DNA of 64,000 bases from NCBI GenBank assembly GCA_963718235.1, contig CAVQYR010000001.1:768001-832000 (forward strand). Reading direction: 5' to 3'. The position numbers and the translations under genes were made by a program. Shown here piece by piece: positions 1 to 11,137 of the stretch. Position 1 is the first letter of the stretch. Every line of letters starts with the position of its first letter. The notes under the pieces were generated by a model. That model ran no database searches, was not told where the DNA came from, and saw only the letters and a list, made by a program, of their open reading frames with translations. Origin of the DNA: an uncultured Actinomycetota bacterium. Lineage in GTDB: Bacteria; Actinomycetota; Actinomycetes; JAHEKZ01.

Positions 1-2
1 CG

Positions 3-1265
3 TTGGACGGCGCCACGGGACGCACGTCCTACTGGACGGGTGCCCCGCTGGCCGGTCCCTGCGTTCCCTCGACCCTCACCCAGTCCGCCCCTCCGGTGTC
101 GACCGACCCTGCGGCGTTCGTGCCGATCCCGGCCACCCGGGTGCTCGCGACGACCAACGGGATCGGCTCGCCGAATGGGCCCTGCCGGCTCTTCGCCCCG
201 ATCGAGTACAGCTCGGTGCCGACCCGGGTCGACGCGCAGGTCACCGGTGTCGGAGAGGTCCCCGCCGCCGGCGTGGGGGCGGTCGCCCTCCAGGTCACGA
301 TGCGCAAGCCCAGCTTCGCGTCCTACCTGACCGCCGGGCCCGCAGGCGGACCGGTCTCGACCGTCCGCCGGGTGAGTGCCGCGATGAACGCCACCGCCAC
401 GTCGCTGGTCGTCGTGCCTGTGGGCGCGGACGGCAAGGTGAGCTTCTCGACCAGCTACGGCGCCACGGACCTGGTGGTGAGCATCGTCGGCTACTACCCG
501 GACCCCGCGGTCCTGCCACGCACGCGTGACATAGCGGGTGGCGACCTGCTCAACCCGGTCCAGCCCCACCGCCTCTTGTCGGGCGAGACCGCACCCGTCG
601 GGCCCCGGGACACCCGTCGGGTCGACGTCGCGGGCAGCCGCGGGATCAGCGGCTCTGCGTCCGCGGCGGTGGTCACCCTCAACGTGCCGGCTTCGACCGG
701 GTCAGGTGACCTGTACGTGTACCCGACCGGCTCGAAGCGTCCGAAGAGCCCGCTCGTGGAGTACCGGGCCAAGCACCGGGTGTCGGTCCAGACCGTGGTC
801 CCCCTCGGCAACGGCGGGACGATCACGGTCGAGAACGTCGGTCGGTCGACCAAGACGGTGGACGTCGACGTGGTCGCTGCCTACCAGCCGCCCACCGGAG
901 CGGGTGGCTACGGCTTCGTGGCCCGCCGCAAGATCGCCACGGTGGTCAACACCGGATCCGACGTGGGAGTCAGACGGCTGAACTCCGGTGAGACGAAGGT
1001 GGTCTCGCTGGCTCACCAGGTGTCGGTCGGGACCAAGGCGGTGCTGCTGCAGGTCACGGTCCGCAAGCCGGCGGCGGAGACCCGGCTCACCTTCTGGCGG
1101 GCGGACGGACGTCGCCCGCGCACGATCGATGCCGCGGCGGCGGGGGGGCAGACCGTCTCCACGACTGTCCTCGCCCAGCTCAGCGCGCAGCGCGAGCTGA
1201 AGCTGCGCAACACCGGCGCCGACGGGGTCGACCTCGTGGTCTCGCTGGTGGGCTCCTACCGCTGA
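3..1265 (+). CDS. 5'-truncated secreted/surface protein with three beta-rich actinobacterial repeat modules
   Basis: ORF open at the window edge. Three similar modules (FVPIPATRVL..VP.GADGKV..TDLVVSIVGYY; NPVQPHRLL..VPLGNGGTI..VDVDVVAAY; ..VDLVVSLVGSY). N-terminal domain not visible. Confidence 0.55.
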   Translation: MDGATGRTSYWTGAPLAGPCVPSTLTQSAPPVSTDPAAFVPIPATRVLATTNGIGSPNGPCRLFAPIEYSSVPTRVDAQVTGVGEVPAAGVGAVALQVTMRKPSFASYLTAGPAGGPVSTVRRVSAAMNATATSLVVVPVGADGKVSFSTSYGATDLVVSIVGYYPDPAVLPRTRDIAGGDLLNPVQPHRLLSGETAPVGPRDTRRVDVAGSRGISGSASAAVVTLNVPASTGSGDLYVYPTGSKRPKSPLVEYRAKHRVSVQTVVPLGNGGTITVENVGRSTKTVDVDVVAAYQPPTGAGGYGFVARRKIATVVNTGSDVGVRRLNSGETKVVSLAHQVSVGTKAVLLQVTVRKPAAETRLTFWRADGRRPRTIDAAAAGGQTVSTTVLAQLSAQRELKLRNTGADGVDLVVSLVGSYR

Positions 1266-1310
1266 GCCGGCCCCTGGGGAGTGTCCACCGGTCGACCTAG
1301 ACTGCGACCG

Positions 1311-3524
1311 GTGAGCACCCTCTTCGACGAGCCGACCCTGGAGGGGCTCAACGACCAGCAGCGCGCCGCCGTGCTGCACGAGGGTTCCCCTCTGCTGATC
1401 GTCGCCGGCGCAGGATCGGGCAAGACCCGGGTCCTGACTGCCCGGATTGCCCACCTGCTGGCCGCGCGAGGCGTCCAGCCCGGCCAGGTGCTGGCGATCA
1501 CGTTCACCAACAAGGCCGCCGGGGAGATGAAGGAGCGGGTCGGGCAGCTCGTCGGACCCCGCGTGAAGGTCATGTGGGTGTCGACCTTCCACTCCGCGTG
1601 CGTGCGCATCCTGCGTCGGGAGGCCAAGACGCTGGGGTTCTCGTCCTCGTTCTCGATCTACGACCAGGCAGATTCGCTCCGCCTGATGACGATGGTGCTG
1701 CGCGACCTCGACCTCGATCCCAAGCGGTACGCGCCCCGGTCGTTCAGCGCCCAGGTCAGCAACCTGAAGAACGAGCTCGTCGACTGGGAGACCGCCTCGG
1801 ACCGTGCGGCCAACCACATCGAGAAATCGGTGGCGGAGGCCTACTCCGTCTACCAGCGACGGCTGCGCGACGCGAACGCGCTGGACTTCGACGACATCAT
1901 CATGACCACGGTCAACCTGCTCCAGGCGTTCCCCGACGTCGCCGAGCACTACCGACGCCGCTTCCGTCATGTGCTGGTCGACGAGTACCAGGACACCAAC
2001 CACGCCCAGTACGTCCTCGTGCGCGAGCTCGTGGGACGGCCTGGGGGCAGCGTACCGCCGGCCGAGCTGTGCGTGGTCGGCGACGCCGACCAGAGCATCT
2101 ACGCGTTCCGCGGCGCCACGATCCGCAACATCATGCAGTTCGAGGAGGACTACCCCGACGCGCGGACGATCCTGCTGGAGCAGAACTACCGCTCGACCCA
2201 GACGATCCTGTCCGCGGCCAACGCGGTGATCGCCAAGAACCTCGACCGCAAGCCCAAACGACTGTGGACCGACACCGGGTCCGGCTGGCCGATCGTCGGG
2301 TACGTCGCCGACAACGAGCACGACGAGGCGTCGTTCGTCGCCCAGACCATCGACGAGCTGTCCGACGCCGGTGACGCCCAGCCGAAGGACATGGCGGTGT
2401 TCTACCGCACCAATGCTCAGTCGCGCGTGTTCGAGGAGGTGTTCATCAGGGTCGGCCTTCCGTACCGCGTGGTCGGCGGCGTCAAGTTCTACGAGCGGCG
2501 CGAGGTGCGCGACGCACTGGCCTACCTGAGGGTGATCGCCAACCCCGAGGACGTCGTCTCCCTGCGCCGAGTGCTGAACACCCCGCGTCGCGGGATCGGC
2601 GACAAGGCCGAGTCGCTCGTGGAGTCCTTCGCCGACCGTGAGCGGATCACGTTCTGGCAGGCGTTGCGCCGGGTCGAGGAGGTCGGAGGCCTCCAGCCCC
2701 GTGCGGTCAACGCCCTGACCGGGTTCGTCCGTCTGCTGGACGACCTGCGCACCCTCGAGGAGTCAGGTACCGGGCCGGCGACCTTGCTGGAGGCCGTGCT
2801 CGAGCAGACCGGCTACCTCGCCGAGATGCAGAGCTCCGCCGATCCGCAGGACGAGACCCGGGTCGAGAATCTGCACGAGCTCGAGGCGGTGGCCCGCGAG
2901 TTCGAGGACGCCCATGCGGAGGGCAGCCTCGCCGACTTCCTCGAGCAGGTCGCGCTGGTGGCCGACTCCGACGAGATCCCCGACGACGACGCGGGGGTCG
3001 TCACGCTGATGACCCTGCACACGGCCAAGGGACTGGAGTTCCCCGTCGTGTTCCTCACCGGGATGGAGGACGGCGTCTTCCCGCACATGCGCTCGCTGGG
3101 CAACACCAAGGAGCTGGAGGAGGAGCGACGCCTGGCCTACGTCGGGGTCACCCGGGCTCGGGAGCGGCTCTACGTCAGCCGCGCGGTGACCCGCTCGGCG
3201 TGGGGGTCACCGCAGTGGAACCCGCCGTCGCGGTTCCTCGACGAGATTCCCACCGAGCTGGTCGACTGGCAGCGCGAGGAGTCCTCGCCGTCCGGTCCGG
3301 CCCCCGCCATCGCGACCGTCGCGGCCCGCCCGTCGGTGCGCTCCCCGGGGAACCGCGAGGTGATCGCGCTGTCCCCGGGCGACCGGGTGACCCACGACGC
3401 GTTCGGCCTGGGGACGGTCGTGGTGGTCGAGGGGGTCGGCGACAAGGCGGTGGCCTCGGTCGACTTCGGCGCCGACGGGGTCAAACGCCTGCTGCTGCGC
3501 TATGCGCCGGTCGAGAAGCTCTGA
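1311..3524 (+). CDS. pcrA: ATP-dependent DNA helicase PcrA/UvrD1
   Basis: AGAGSGKT Walker [39 protein letters not shown]-terminal Tudor-like tail. GTG 1311 lies 7 nt after TAGACT. Confidence 0.97.
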   Translation: MSTLFDEPTLEGLNDQQRAAVLHEGSPLLIVAGAGSGKTRVLTARIAHLLAARGVQPGQVLAITFTNKAAGEMKERVGQLVGPRVKVMWVSTFHSACVRILRREAKTLGFSSSFSIYDQADSLRLMTMVLRDLDLDPKRYAPRSFSAQVSNLKNELVDWETASDRAANHIEKSVAEAYSVYQRRLRDANALDFDDIIMTTVNLLQAFPDVAEHYRRRFRHVLVDEYQDTNHAQYVLVRELVGRPGGSVPPAELCVVGDADQSIYAFRGATIRNIMQFEEDYPDARTILLEQNYRSTQTILSAANAVIAKNLDRKPKRLWTDTGSGWPIVGYVADNEHDEASFVAQTIDELSDAGDAQPKDMAVFYRTNAQSRVFEEVFIRVGLPYRVVGGVKFYERREVRDALAYLRVIANPEDVVSLRRVLNTPRRGIGDKAESLVESFADRERITFWQALRRVEEVGGLQPRAVNALTGFVRLLDDLRTLEESGTGPATLLEAVLEQTGYLAEMQSSADPQDETRVENLHELEAVAREFEDAHAEGSLADFLEQVALVADSDEIPDDDAGVVTLMTLHTAKGLEFPVVFLTGMEDGVFPHMRSLGNTKELEEERRLAYVGVTRARERLYVSRAVTRSAWGSPQWNPPSRFLDEIPTELVDWQREESSPSGPAPAIATVAARPSVRSPGNREVIALSPGDRVTHDAFGLGTVVVVEGVGDKAVASVDFGADGVKRLLLRYAPVEKL

Positions 3525-4444
3525 GCCCTGCTGGTCCGGTTGCGTCGCGGCTTCTTCGTGGGGGCAGTCAAGGTCGTGACGCCGGCCGTCAGGGTCGTGC
3601 CGTCGGTGTCCAGGTGGGCGAGCGTGGCGCAGATCTCGTGCACCACACGCCCGTCGACGGGCAGGGACATGTGCCCGACCCCGCGGACGAACACGTTGCG
3701 CGCCCGCAGGTCGGGGTGACGCAGCTCGGCCGACGTCTTCGGGCTCATCAGCTGGTCGAGGTCGCTCCAGATCGCCACGACCCGGGTGCTGCACCCAGGA
3801 GCCGGCTCGGCGAGCTCGTCGAGCAGGGTGCTGCCGGGCCGCAGCTGACGCACCAACGGGTGCGGCAGCAGGTACGCGACGGTGGTTCCCTCGTGTGGCG
3901 TGCCGAGGGTCACCAGTGTGTGCACCCGGGCATCGCCGCCCAGCTTCTGAACGTAGTAGCGGGCGACGAGCCCACCCATCGAGTGCCCGACGACGTGGAC
4001 CCGTTCGTACCCGGTGTCGGCGCACACGCTCTCGATCAGCTCGGCCAGACGCTGCGCGACCTCGCGCACGTCGTCGGACAGCGGCGAGTAGTTCAGGGCG
4101 AGCACCCGACCGAAACCGCGACGGCGAAGGCCCCGTCGCAGCAGGGCGAAGATCGACCGGTTGTCGACCATGCCGTGCACGAGCAGGATCGGCGTCCCTG
4201 CCGCCTCGACGTCGCCGATCACCAGCCCGCGCTGCATGGGGGGCAGGTCGCCCAAGGTGAACCGACCGACCTCCTCGCGGGCCTTCTCCTCGACGAGTCC
4301 GAGCGGGTAGAGGGCCAGGTGCGCCGCGCTCCAGGCTGCCTCCAGGGCGGCGCCACGCAGTCCGGTGGGGGACAGCATCGCCCGGGCGCCGGTGAGGGCG
4401 CGCCCTCGTGCGGTGTCCCAGCCCTGCGCCAAGCCCAGTGCCAC
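3500..4444 (-). CDS. alpha/beta hydrolase (lipase/esterase)
   Basis: LVHG oxyanion motif, GHSMGG nucleophile elbow, GTPH, C-terminal GH. GGAGG RBS before GTG 4444. Overlaps the pcrA 3' end by 25 bp. Confidence 0.88.
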   Translation of the reverse strand: MALGLAQGWDTARGRALTGARAMLSPTGLRGAALEAAWSAAHLALYPLGLVEEKAREEVGRFTLGDLPPMQRGLVIGDVEAAGTPILLVHGMVDNRSIFALLRRGLRRRGFGRVLALNYSPLSDDVREVAQRLAELIESVCADTGYERVHVVGHSMGGLVARYYVQKLGGDARVHTLVTLGTPHEGTTVAYLLPHPLVRQLRPGSTLLDELAEPAPGCSTRVVAIWSDLDQLMSPKTSAELRHPDLRARNVFVRGVGHMSLPVDGRVVHEICATLAHLDTDGTTLTAGVTTLTAPTKKPRRNRTSRAQSFSTGA

Positions 4445-4548
4445 GCGGTCTCCTCCCGAGCCCTGGGACGGTAACCCACCCGTGGGGCTCGTCGGTCCCA
4501 AAACGGCCGTCGATGCCCTTCCGTTACCGACCCGGCTACGCTGCCCAC

Positions 4549-4956
4549 GTGTCCGACGCCGATCCCGCCCCTGTACGTGTCGTCATCGCCAAGCCCGGTC
4601 TTGACGGTCACGACCGTGGCGCCAAGGTCGTCGCCCGCGCGCTGCGCGACGCAGGGGTCGAGGTCATCTACACCGGGCTGCACCAGACGCCGGAGCAGAT
4701 CGTCGACGCGGCGATCCAGGAGGACGCCGACGCCATCGGTCTCTCGGTTCTCTCCGGCGCCCACCTGACCCTGTTCCCCCGCGTGGTTGAGCTGCTCAAG
4801 GCGCGCGGCGCCGACGACATCGTCGTGTTCGGCGGGGGGATCATCCCCGACGCCGACATCCCCGAGCTGACGGCTGCCGGCGTGGCCAAGATCTTCACGC
4901 CGGGCACCCCGACCCACGACATCGTCGAGTGGGTGCGGGCGAACGCTGCACGCTGA
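4549..4956 (+). CDS. stand-alone cobalamin-binding small subunit of an acyl-CoA mutase (IcmB-like)
   Basis: [10 protein letters not shown] (DxHxxG), [21 protein letters not shown] 6 nt before GTG. Confidence 0.93.
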   Translation: MSDADPAPVRVVIAKPGLDGHDRGAKVVARALRDAGVEVIYTGLHQTPEQIVDAAIQEDADAIGLSVLSGAHLTLFPRVVELLKARGADDIVVFGGGIIPDADIPELTAAGVAKIFTPGTPTHDIVEWVRANAAR

Positions 4957-4968
4957 CGCCCGACCAGG

Positions 4969-7029
4969 TCAGCGGAGCGCGGGACGCTCCCGACGGTAGG
5001 GGAGTGGCTGGGTCGGGTCGGGACTGTCGATCTCGCGGGCGAGTCGATGACCGTCGAACACGACCTCGCTGATCGGCCGCGGCGCCACGGCGTCGCCGAT
5101 GGCGTGCACGGCCTCGATGCCGGCGGCAGTCAGCGCGTCGGCGTCGCCGATCAACGCCCGGTAGAGCGCGTCGTCTGGCCGCTGCTGGGTGACGAGCACC
5201 ACGGCGTCGGTCTCCAGCGTCCACGGTTCTCCGTACTCGTCGCGCCCACGGACGGCCGTGGCGTCAATGCTGGTCATGGTCACTCCGCACTGCACTCGGA
5301 CGCCCTCGCGGTGCAGGTGCCGACGCAGCATGTCGCCCTCGAGGGTCGCGTCGGAAACGGGAGAGACCACCGGGTAGCTGGTGACCAGGTGCACCTCGAA
5401 GCCCTCACCGGCCAGCAGCTCGGCCACACCGGGGGCGACGAAGTAGCCGTCGGTGTCGTAGACGACGACTCGTCGTCCGGCCGGCCGTCGGCCTTCGGTC
5501 ATGACGGCTTCGGGAGTGAGGACGTGGTCCAGCCCGGCCCCCGTGATCGGCTCGACCTCGTGCGGCTGCACACCGTCGGCCCGAAAGTGCGAACCGGTGG
5601 CGACGACCACGATCTGCGCCCCGTAGTCCAGGACGTCGGCCGCGGACAGCCGGCGCCCGGTGATCACCTCGACGTTGGGCAGCTTGGCCAGCTGGATCGC
5701 CCGGTAGTCGGTGATCCGCCCCCAGTCGCCCAAGGTCGGGAGCTGGCGCACCCAGCGCAGACGGCCGCCGATCTCGGGCTGGGCATCGACCAGGTGCACC
5801 GCGTCGAAACCACGCTTGCCGAGCACGGTCGCGCACTCCATGCCGGCCGGGCCGGCGCCGACGACGAGCACCGCGCGGTCGGAGTTGGCGGCGGTGGTGA
5901 ACAGCTCGGGGTGCCACCCTCGCCGGAACTCCTCACCGGCGGTGGCGTTCTGGATGCACCCGACCTGGTCGAAGGTCTCTTCGCGGGCGATGCACACGTT
6001 CGACCCGGTGCACTCGCGCACCTCGTCGAGGCGGCCTTCGGCGATCTTGCGCGGGAGGAACGGGTCGGCGATGGCCGGTCGGGCCGCGCCGATGACGTCG
6101 AGTGCGCGCGTGCGCACGATCTCGGCCATGACGTCGGCGGAGGTGTAGCGGCCGACACCGACGACCGGCTTGTCGGTGGCCTGTCGCACCTGGTCGGTCC
6201 ACGGACGCTCGTGACCCTCGGGGTAGTAGCGCGACGTCCCGGAGTCCTCGGGCCACACCCCGACGTTCACGTCGAACAGGTCGACGAGGTCACTGGCCAT
6301 CGTGATCAGCTGCAGCATGTCGTCGGTCTCGATGCCCGGGAGGCCGTCGCGACCGTGCACCGGGATGCGTGTCGCGATCGCACAGTCGGCGCCGACGGCC
6401 CCGCGCACCTTCTCCAAGGTCTCCAGCCAGAAGCGCCCGCGGTTGCCGAGGCTGCCCCCATACGTGTCCGTGCGCCGGTTGAGGTGGGTCGAGAAGAACT
6501 GGGTCAGCAGGTAGCCATGGGCGCCGTAGACGTACACGATGTCGAAGCCGACGTCGCGCGCCCGTTGAGCAGCGTCGACCCAGTCGCGCTGGATGCGGGT
6601 GATGTCGTCGAGGGTCATCTCCTTGGCGAGCCCGCCCCACATCGGCTCGCTCATCCGCTGGCTCGGCGCGACCCGGACCGCGCGCGACTGGCCGTTCTCG
6701 CTGTACGCGCCGCCGTGGAACAGCTCGATCCCGGCCAGCGCCCCGTGGGCGTGCACGGCCTCGGCGGTCAGGCCGAGCGCCTGGGCGTCGTTGTCGTCCC
6801 AGAACAGGGCGGAGACGGCGGGGGACTCCTCGGCATCCTGGGACACCGAGGTGTAGTCGACGCAGACGCCGCCCCAGCCCCCCTCGGACTTGATGGCCCG
6901 GAACGCGGCCTGCGCGCGTGGACGCTCGACCCCGAACCCCGAGGCGTGCGGTACCTGGTAGAAGCGGTTCGGCAGGGTCTTGGGGCCCAAGGCGAGCGGC
7001 TCGAACAAGACGGCGTGCCGCGGGTCCAT
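4969..7029 (-). CDS. trimethylamine/histamine dehydrogenase-like iron-sulfur flavoprotein (atypical cofactor residues)
   Basis: NRFYQVPH, KSEGGWG, VYVYGAHGY, GGSLGNR, GAARPAIADPFLP, GEEFRRGWHPE, GAGPAG ADP site. Start at MDPRH with GGAGG RBS. Confidence 0.9.
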   Translation of the reverse strand: MDPRHAVLFEPLALGPKTLPNRFYQVPHASGFGVERPRAQAAFRAIKSEGGWGGVCVDYTSVSQDAEESPAVSALFWDDNDAQALGLTAEAVHAHGALAGIELFHGGAYSENGQSRAVRVAPSQRMSEPMWGGLAKEMTLDDITRIQRDWVDAAQRARDVGFDIVYVYGAHGYLLTQFFSTHLNRRTDTYGGSLGNRGRFWLETLEKVRGAVGADCAIATRIPVHGRDGLPGIETDDMLQLITMASDLVDLFDVNVGVWPEDSGTSRYYPEGHERPWTDQVRQATDKPVVGVGRYTSADVMAEIVRTRALDVIGAARPAIADPFLPRKIAEGRLDEVRECTGSNVCIAREETFDQVGCIQNATAGEEFRRGWHPELFTTAANSDRAVLVVGAGPAGMECATVLGKRGFDAVHLVDAQPEIGGRLRWVRQLPTLGDWGRITDYRAIQLAKLPNVEVITGRRLSAADVLDYGAQIVVVATGSHFRADGVQPHEVEPITGAGLDHVLTPEAVMTEGRRPAGRRVVVYDTDGYFVAPGVAELLAGEGFEVHLVTSYPVVSPVSDATLEGDMLRRHLHREGVRVQCGVTMTSIDATAVRGRDEYGEPWTLETDAVVLVTQQRPDDALYRALIGDADALTAAGIEAVHAIGDAVAPRPISEVVFDGHRLAREIDSPDPTQPLPYRRERPALR

Positions 7030-7046
7030 GGCGCCTCCAACTGGTA

Positions 7047-7062
7047 CTGATCGGTCGTTCAG
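7047..7062. promoter_or_regulatory. putative TetR/BetI-like operator CTGA-N8-TCAG, copy 1
   Basis: CTGATCGGTCGTTCAG, 17 nt upstream of the dehydrogenase ATG. Same architecture at 19564 and 40218. Confidence 0.6.
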
Positions 7063-7165
7063 CACGAGCCAGGATGCCATGGCGAGTAGTGGCCCGCGCG
7101 ACGGTCCCACCGAGCGTCCCCAGCAGTCCAGGGGGTCTTGCCTGGCAGGGCGTGAACCTCGAGAA

Positions 7166-7181
7166 TCGAACACATGTTCGC
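7166..7181. promoter_or_regulatory. LexA SOS box
   Basis: TCGAACacatGTTCGC versus actinobacterial consensus TCGAAC-N4-GTTCGA (1 mismatch). Overlaps ATG 7174. Confidence 0.85.
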
Positions 7182-7677
7182 ATCCGAGGTCCTCGAGGTC
7201 GACCTGCCGGCCGACCCGATGGACGACGTGTGGCGTGAGCTCGTGAACCGCGAGCACGTGACGGCGCTGCTGGAGCAGTCGGCCCGCGCCGAGGACGCCC
7301 AGGTGGCCCTTCGCCTGTCCGACGCGGTGATGCACCGACGACTGCTCGTGGCCCGTCAGCTCACCATTCGCCCGACCGCGACTGCGAGGCCCCGACAAGT
7401 GGGCGGATCACCTGGTGGCACGCGTTGGCGGTCGCCGAGGCCGTCGAGCCGCTCGACGACGCGACCGCACGACGCGTCGAGGCCGACGTCGTACCGATCG
7501 CCGCACGCGCAACTTCGGCTATCACCCGCCGGGCGATCCAACGGGCCTTGGCCCGGCACGATGCCGCGGGCGCGGCCGACCGGCACTGACCGCGGCCGCC
7601 CAGACGGAGGCGTCGAGTGGGGCGGCCCGACCGGACGCAGCACGGTGGTCGACCCCCACCACCAACTCCACGACTGA
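7174..7677 (+). pseudogene. DUF222/HNH (13E12-repeat-like) remnant
   Basis: MF.. start inside the SOS box; AQVALRLS..RRLLVARQL; frameshift near 7383 into SGRITWWHALAVAEAVEPLDDATARRVEADV..ARHDAAGAADRH* (TGA 7587-7589); then a C-terminal-like tail DGGVEWGGPTGR. No HNH motif. Confidence 0.75.
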
Positions 7678-7736
7678 GCGACCAGGGCTAGGCTCGCGCA
7701 CGTTGGCGTAGCCGGGCGACCCTGCGGGAGCAACGG

Positions 7737-8909
7737 GTGGATCTGTTCGAGTACCAGGCCAAGGAGCTGTTCGCCGCGCACGCCGTTCCGGTCACTCCGG
7801 GCGCGGTCTGCCAGACACCTGCGCAGGTGCGGGCCGCTGCGGAGGACTTCGGCGGAACCGTCGTGGTGAAGGCCCAGGTCAAGACCGGCGGTCGCGGCAA
7901 GGCCGGCGGTGTCAAGCTGGCCGGCTCGCCGGCTGAGGCCGAGGAGGTCGGGCGACAGATCCTCGGTATGGACATCAAGGGTCACACCGTCCACCGGGTG
8001 CTGGTCACCCCGGCCGCCGACATCGCGGAGGAGTACTACGTCTCGTTCCTGCTCGACCGGGCCAACCGCTGCTACCTGGCGATGGCCAGCGTCGAGGGCG
8101 GCATCGACATCGAGGAGGTCGCCCGGACCAAGCCGGAAGCGTTGGCCAAGGTCCGGGTCGACGCACTCGACGGGGTCGACCAGGCCAAGGCTGCCGAGAT
8201 CGTGGCCGCGGCCCGGTTCCCCGACGACGTCGCCGAGCAGACCGCCGACGTGCTCGTGCGGCTGTGGCAGGTGCTCGTCGGCGAGGACGCCACGTTGGTC
8301 GAGGTCAACCCGCTGGTGAAGTCGGCCGACGGCGTGGTGCTGGCTCTCGACGGCAAGGTCACCCTCGACGAGAACGCCGACTTCCGGCATCCGGAGCACG
8401 AGCAGTTCGCGATCCGCGACGAGTCCGACCCGCTCGAGCTGCTGGCCAAGGAGAAGGGCCTGAACTACGTCAAGCTCGACGGCGAGGTCGGCATCATCGG
8501 CAACGGTGCCGGGTTGGTCATGAGCACCCTTGACGTCGTGGCGTACGCGGGCGAGGAGTTCGGTGGCGTGAAGCCGGCCAACTTCCTCGACATCGGCGGC
8601 GGAGCGTCGGCACAGGTGATGGCGGATGGGCTGGAGATCATCCTCGGTGACCCCCAGGTCAAGGCAGTGCTCGTGAACGTCTTCGGGGGAATCACCTCGT
8701 GCGACGCGGTGGCCGCCGGCATGGTGCAGGCGTTCACCATGCTGGCCGACCGCGGCGACGCCGTCGACAAGCCGATCGTGGCCCGGCTCGACGGCAACAA
8801 CGCGGCCGAGGGCCGTCGCATCCTCGACGAGGCCGAGCACGACGTCGTCGAGCTCGTCGACACGATGGACGCCGCGGCCCGCCGGGTCGCCGAGCTCGCC
8901 GCCCAGTAA
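7737..8909 (+). CDS. sucC: succinyl-CoA synthetase beta subunit
   Basis: [40 protein letters not shown]. Confidence 0.98.
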   Translation: MDLFEYQAKELFAAHAVPVTPGAVCQTPAQVRAAAEDFGGTVVVKAQVKTGGRGKAGGVKLAGSPAEAEEVGRQILGMDIKGHTVHRVLVTPAADIAEEYYVSFLLDRANRCYLAMASVEGGIDIEEVARTKPEALAKVRVDALDGVDQAKAAEIVAAARFPDDVAEQTADVLVRLWQVLVGEDATLVEVNPLVKSADGVVLALDGKVTLDENADFRHPEHEQFAIRDESDPLELLAKEKGLNYVKLDGEVGIIGNGAGLVMSTLDVVAYAGEEFGGVKPANFLDIGGGASAQVMADGLEIILGDPQVKAVLVNVFGGITSCDAVAAGMVQAFTMLADRGDAVDKPIVARLDGNNAAEGRRILDEAEHDVVELVDTMDAAARRVAELAAQ

Positions 8910-8928
8910 GCGAAGAGGCAGGAACCCC

Positions 8929-9795
8929 ATGTCGGTCTGGCTCGACAAGGACAGCCGCATCCTGGTGCAGGGGATCACCGGGTCCGAGGGCACCAAGCAC
9001 ACCCGGCGGATGGTTGCGTCCGGCGCGCAGGTGGTGGCCGGCGTGACTCCGGGCAAGGGCGGTCAGGCCGTCGACGGGATCCCGGTGTTCAGCAGCGTCG
9101 CCGAGGGCGTGGAGGCCTCAGGTGCCGATGTCGCGGTGGTCTTCGTTCCCCCCCGCTTTGCCAGGGCGGCGGTGATCGAGGCGGTCGATGCGCAGGTGCC
9201 GCTCTGTGTGGTGATCACCGAAGGCATCCCGGTGCAGGACACCGCGGCGTTCTTCCAGTACGCGCAGAACGCGGGCGGCACCCGGATCATCGGACCCAAC
9301 TGCCCCGGCATCATCAGCCCCGGCCAGAGCAACGCGGGGATCATCCCCGCCGACATCGCCAGCTCCGGCCCGATCGGTCTGGTCAGCAAGAGCGGCACCC
9401 TGACGTACCAGATGATGTACGAGCTTCGCGACCTCGGCTTCTCGACCGCCATCGGGATCGGGGGCGACCCGATCATCGGGACGACGCACATCGACGCGCT
9501 CGCTGCCTTCGAGGACGACCCGGCCACGCAGGCCATCGCCATGATCGGTGAGATCGGAGGCGACGCCGAGGAGCGGGCGGCCGCGTACATCGCCGAGCAC
9601 GTCACGAAGCCGGTCGTCGGGTACGTCGCCGGGTTCACGGCCCCCGAGGGCAAGACCATGGGGCACGCCGGAGCGATCGTCTCCGGTTCGTCGGGCACGG
9701 CCGCCGCCAAGCAGGCCGCGCTGGAGGATGCCGGAGTTCGGGTCGGCCGGACGCCCAGCGAGACAGCCGGCCTGATGCGGGCGCTGCTTGGCTGA
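8929..9795 (+). CDS. sucD: succinyl-CoA synthetase alpha subunit
   Basis: [27 protein letters not shown] phospho-His motif. Confidence 0.98.
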   Translation: MSVWLDKDSRILVQGITGSEGTKHTRRMVASGAQVVAGVTPGKGGQAVDGIPVFSSVAEGVEASGADVAVVFVPPRFARAAVIEAVDAQVPLCVVITEGIPVQDTAAFFQYAQNAGGTRIIGPNCPGIISPGQSNAGIIPADIASSGPIGLVSKSGTLTYQMMYELRDLGFSTAIGIGGDPIIGTTHIDALAAFEDDPATQAIAMIGEIGGDAEERAAAYIAEHVTKPVVGYVAGFTAPEGKTMGHAGAIVSGSSGTAAAKQAALEDAGVRVGRTPSETAGLMRALLG

Positions 9796-9805
9796 GTGAC
9801 CCGGC

Positions 9806-11080
9806 GTGTCGCACGTCGGGCAGGTACGGGGTCGGGCGACGATGCCAGTGATGGCTGGAACCTCGACCGCGCGCACGCGACGACTGCTCGACGTCGTCCG
9901 CCCGCCTCGCGACGACGCACCCGACACGACCGCGATCGTGATGCACGCCGGTGGAGCCGGCCTGCTCGCCGCGATCGTCGGTGTCGCGCTCGCGCTGCTG
10001 CTCACCGTGTCGGCCTGGGCGCTGGCACCCCACGCCGACGGAGCGTCAGCCATAGCGCCGCTGCGGGTCGCGGCCGCCCTCTGGCTGGTGGCTCACCACG
10101 TCGCGCTGGACCTACCACAGGGGACGGTGGGGATGAGCCCGCTCGGACTCCTGGCGGTCCCGCTCGGTCTCACCTACCTGGCCGGGCGACAGTCCGCCCG
10201 CACGCTGCTGCCCCGCACCCTGGGTGACGTCGGTCGGGTCGTCGTGGTGCTCGCCCTCGGCTACGGGCTCGCCTGCGCGGTCGTGGCCGGGGTCACTCGG
10301 TCCGACGACCTGCGTCCGCACACCTGGCAGGCCTTCGTCGGGGGCGCCCTTCTGGCGGCGATCGGTGGGGGGTGGGGGCTTCTGCAGGGCGCCGACCTGG
10401 CCGGTCCGTCCTGGCGTCGGCTGCCCCTGCGGGCCAGGTCGACCCTCACCGCAGCCGCAGCGGCAATGCTGACGTTGCTCGGACTGGCGGCGGTGGTGGT
10501 CGCCGTCCAGCTCGCCATCGGGTTCCCCGACGGGGTGGAGATCGCGCGCACGCTGCGTGCCGACGCCGTCGGCGGTGCGCTGCTCGCGGTGCTGGGAGTG
10601 GCCTTCGTGCCCAACCTCGTTGTGTGGTCGGCGGCCTTCCTGGCCGGGCCCGGTTTCGCGGTGGGCACGCAGACCCAGGTCTCGGTGCAAGGGGTCGACT
10701 ACGGGGCGCTCCCACTCTTCCCCCCGCTGGCCGCCCTGCCCGGCGAGGGCCACCCGGGACCGGCCGCGCTCCTGGTGCTCGTCGCACCACTGGCTGCCGG
10801 GGTGGTCGCCGGTCTGGTCGTTCACCGCCGGTCCGCCCCGGAGCGCCCGGAGTCGGCCGCGGGCATGGCGGCTGCGGCTGGTGTCGTCGTCGGCCTCGCG
10901 TTCGGCGTGCTCGCCTGGCTGTCCGGTGGGCCGGTCGGTGCAGGTCGCCTCGTCACGGTCGGGCCGTCGTGGACGGCGGGCCTGGTCGTCGCCGTGGAGA
11001 TCGCCCTCACTGCGGCGGTCGTGGCCTGGGAGCTGCACCGGCGCCAGGCGCCGACGGGGCGCTCGATCGACCTTCGCTGA
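9806..11080 (+). CDS. DUF6350/PerM-like integral membrane protein (start uncertain)
   Basis: About 10 hydrophobic segments, WLVAHH, PN..VW..AFLAGPGFAVG, LPLFPPLAALP. Usual position between sucD and purN. Confidence 0.8.
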   Translation: MSHVGQVRGRATMPVMAGTSTARTRRLLDVVRPPRDDAPDTTAIVMHAGGAGLLAAIVGVALALLLTVSAWALAPHADGASAIAPLRVAAALWLVAHHVALDLPQGTVGMSPLGLLAVPLGLTYLAGRQSARTLLPRTLGDVGRVVVVLALGYGLACAVVAGVTRSDDLRPHTWQAFVGGALLAAIGGGWGLLQGADLAGPSWRRLPLRARSTLTAAAAAMLTLLGLAAVVVAVQLAIGFPDGVEIARTLRADAVGGALLAVLGVAFVPNLVVWSAAFLAGPGFAVGTQTQVSVQGVDYGALPLFPPLAALPGEGHPGPAALLVLVAPLAAGVVAGLVVHRRSAPERPESAAGMAAAAGVVVGLAFGVLAWLSGGPVGAGRLVTVGPSWTAGLVVAVEIALTAAVVAWELHRRQAPTGRSIDLR

Positions 11081-11097
11081 TCCACATCGTGGATCAG
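11077..11097. repeat. inverted repeat with 9-bp arms at the boundary of the inserted block
   Basis: CTGATCCAC-ATC-GTGGATCAG. Confidence 0.6.
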
Positions 11098-11137
11098 GGG
11101 GTCGCGCAATGGGGAATCGGCTGTCACCCTCACCGGC

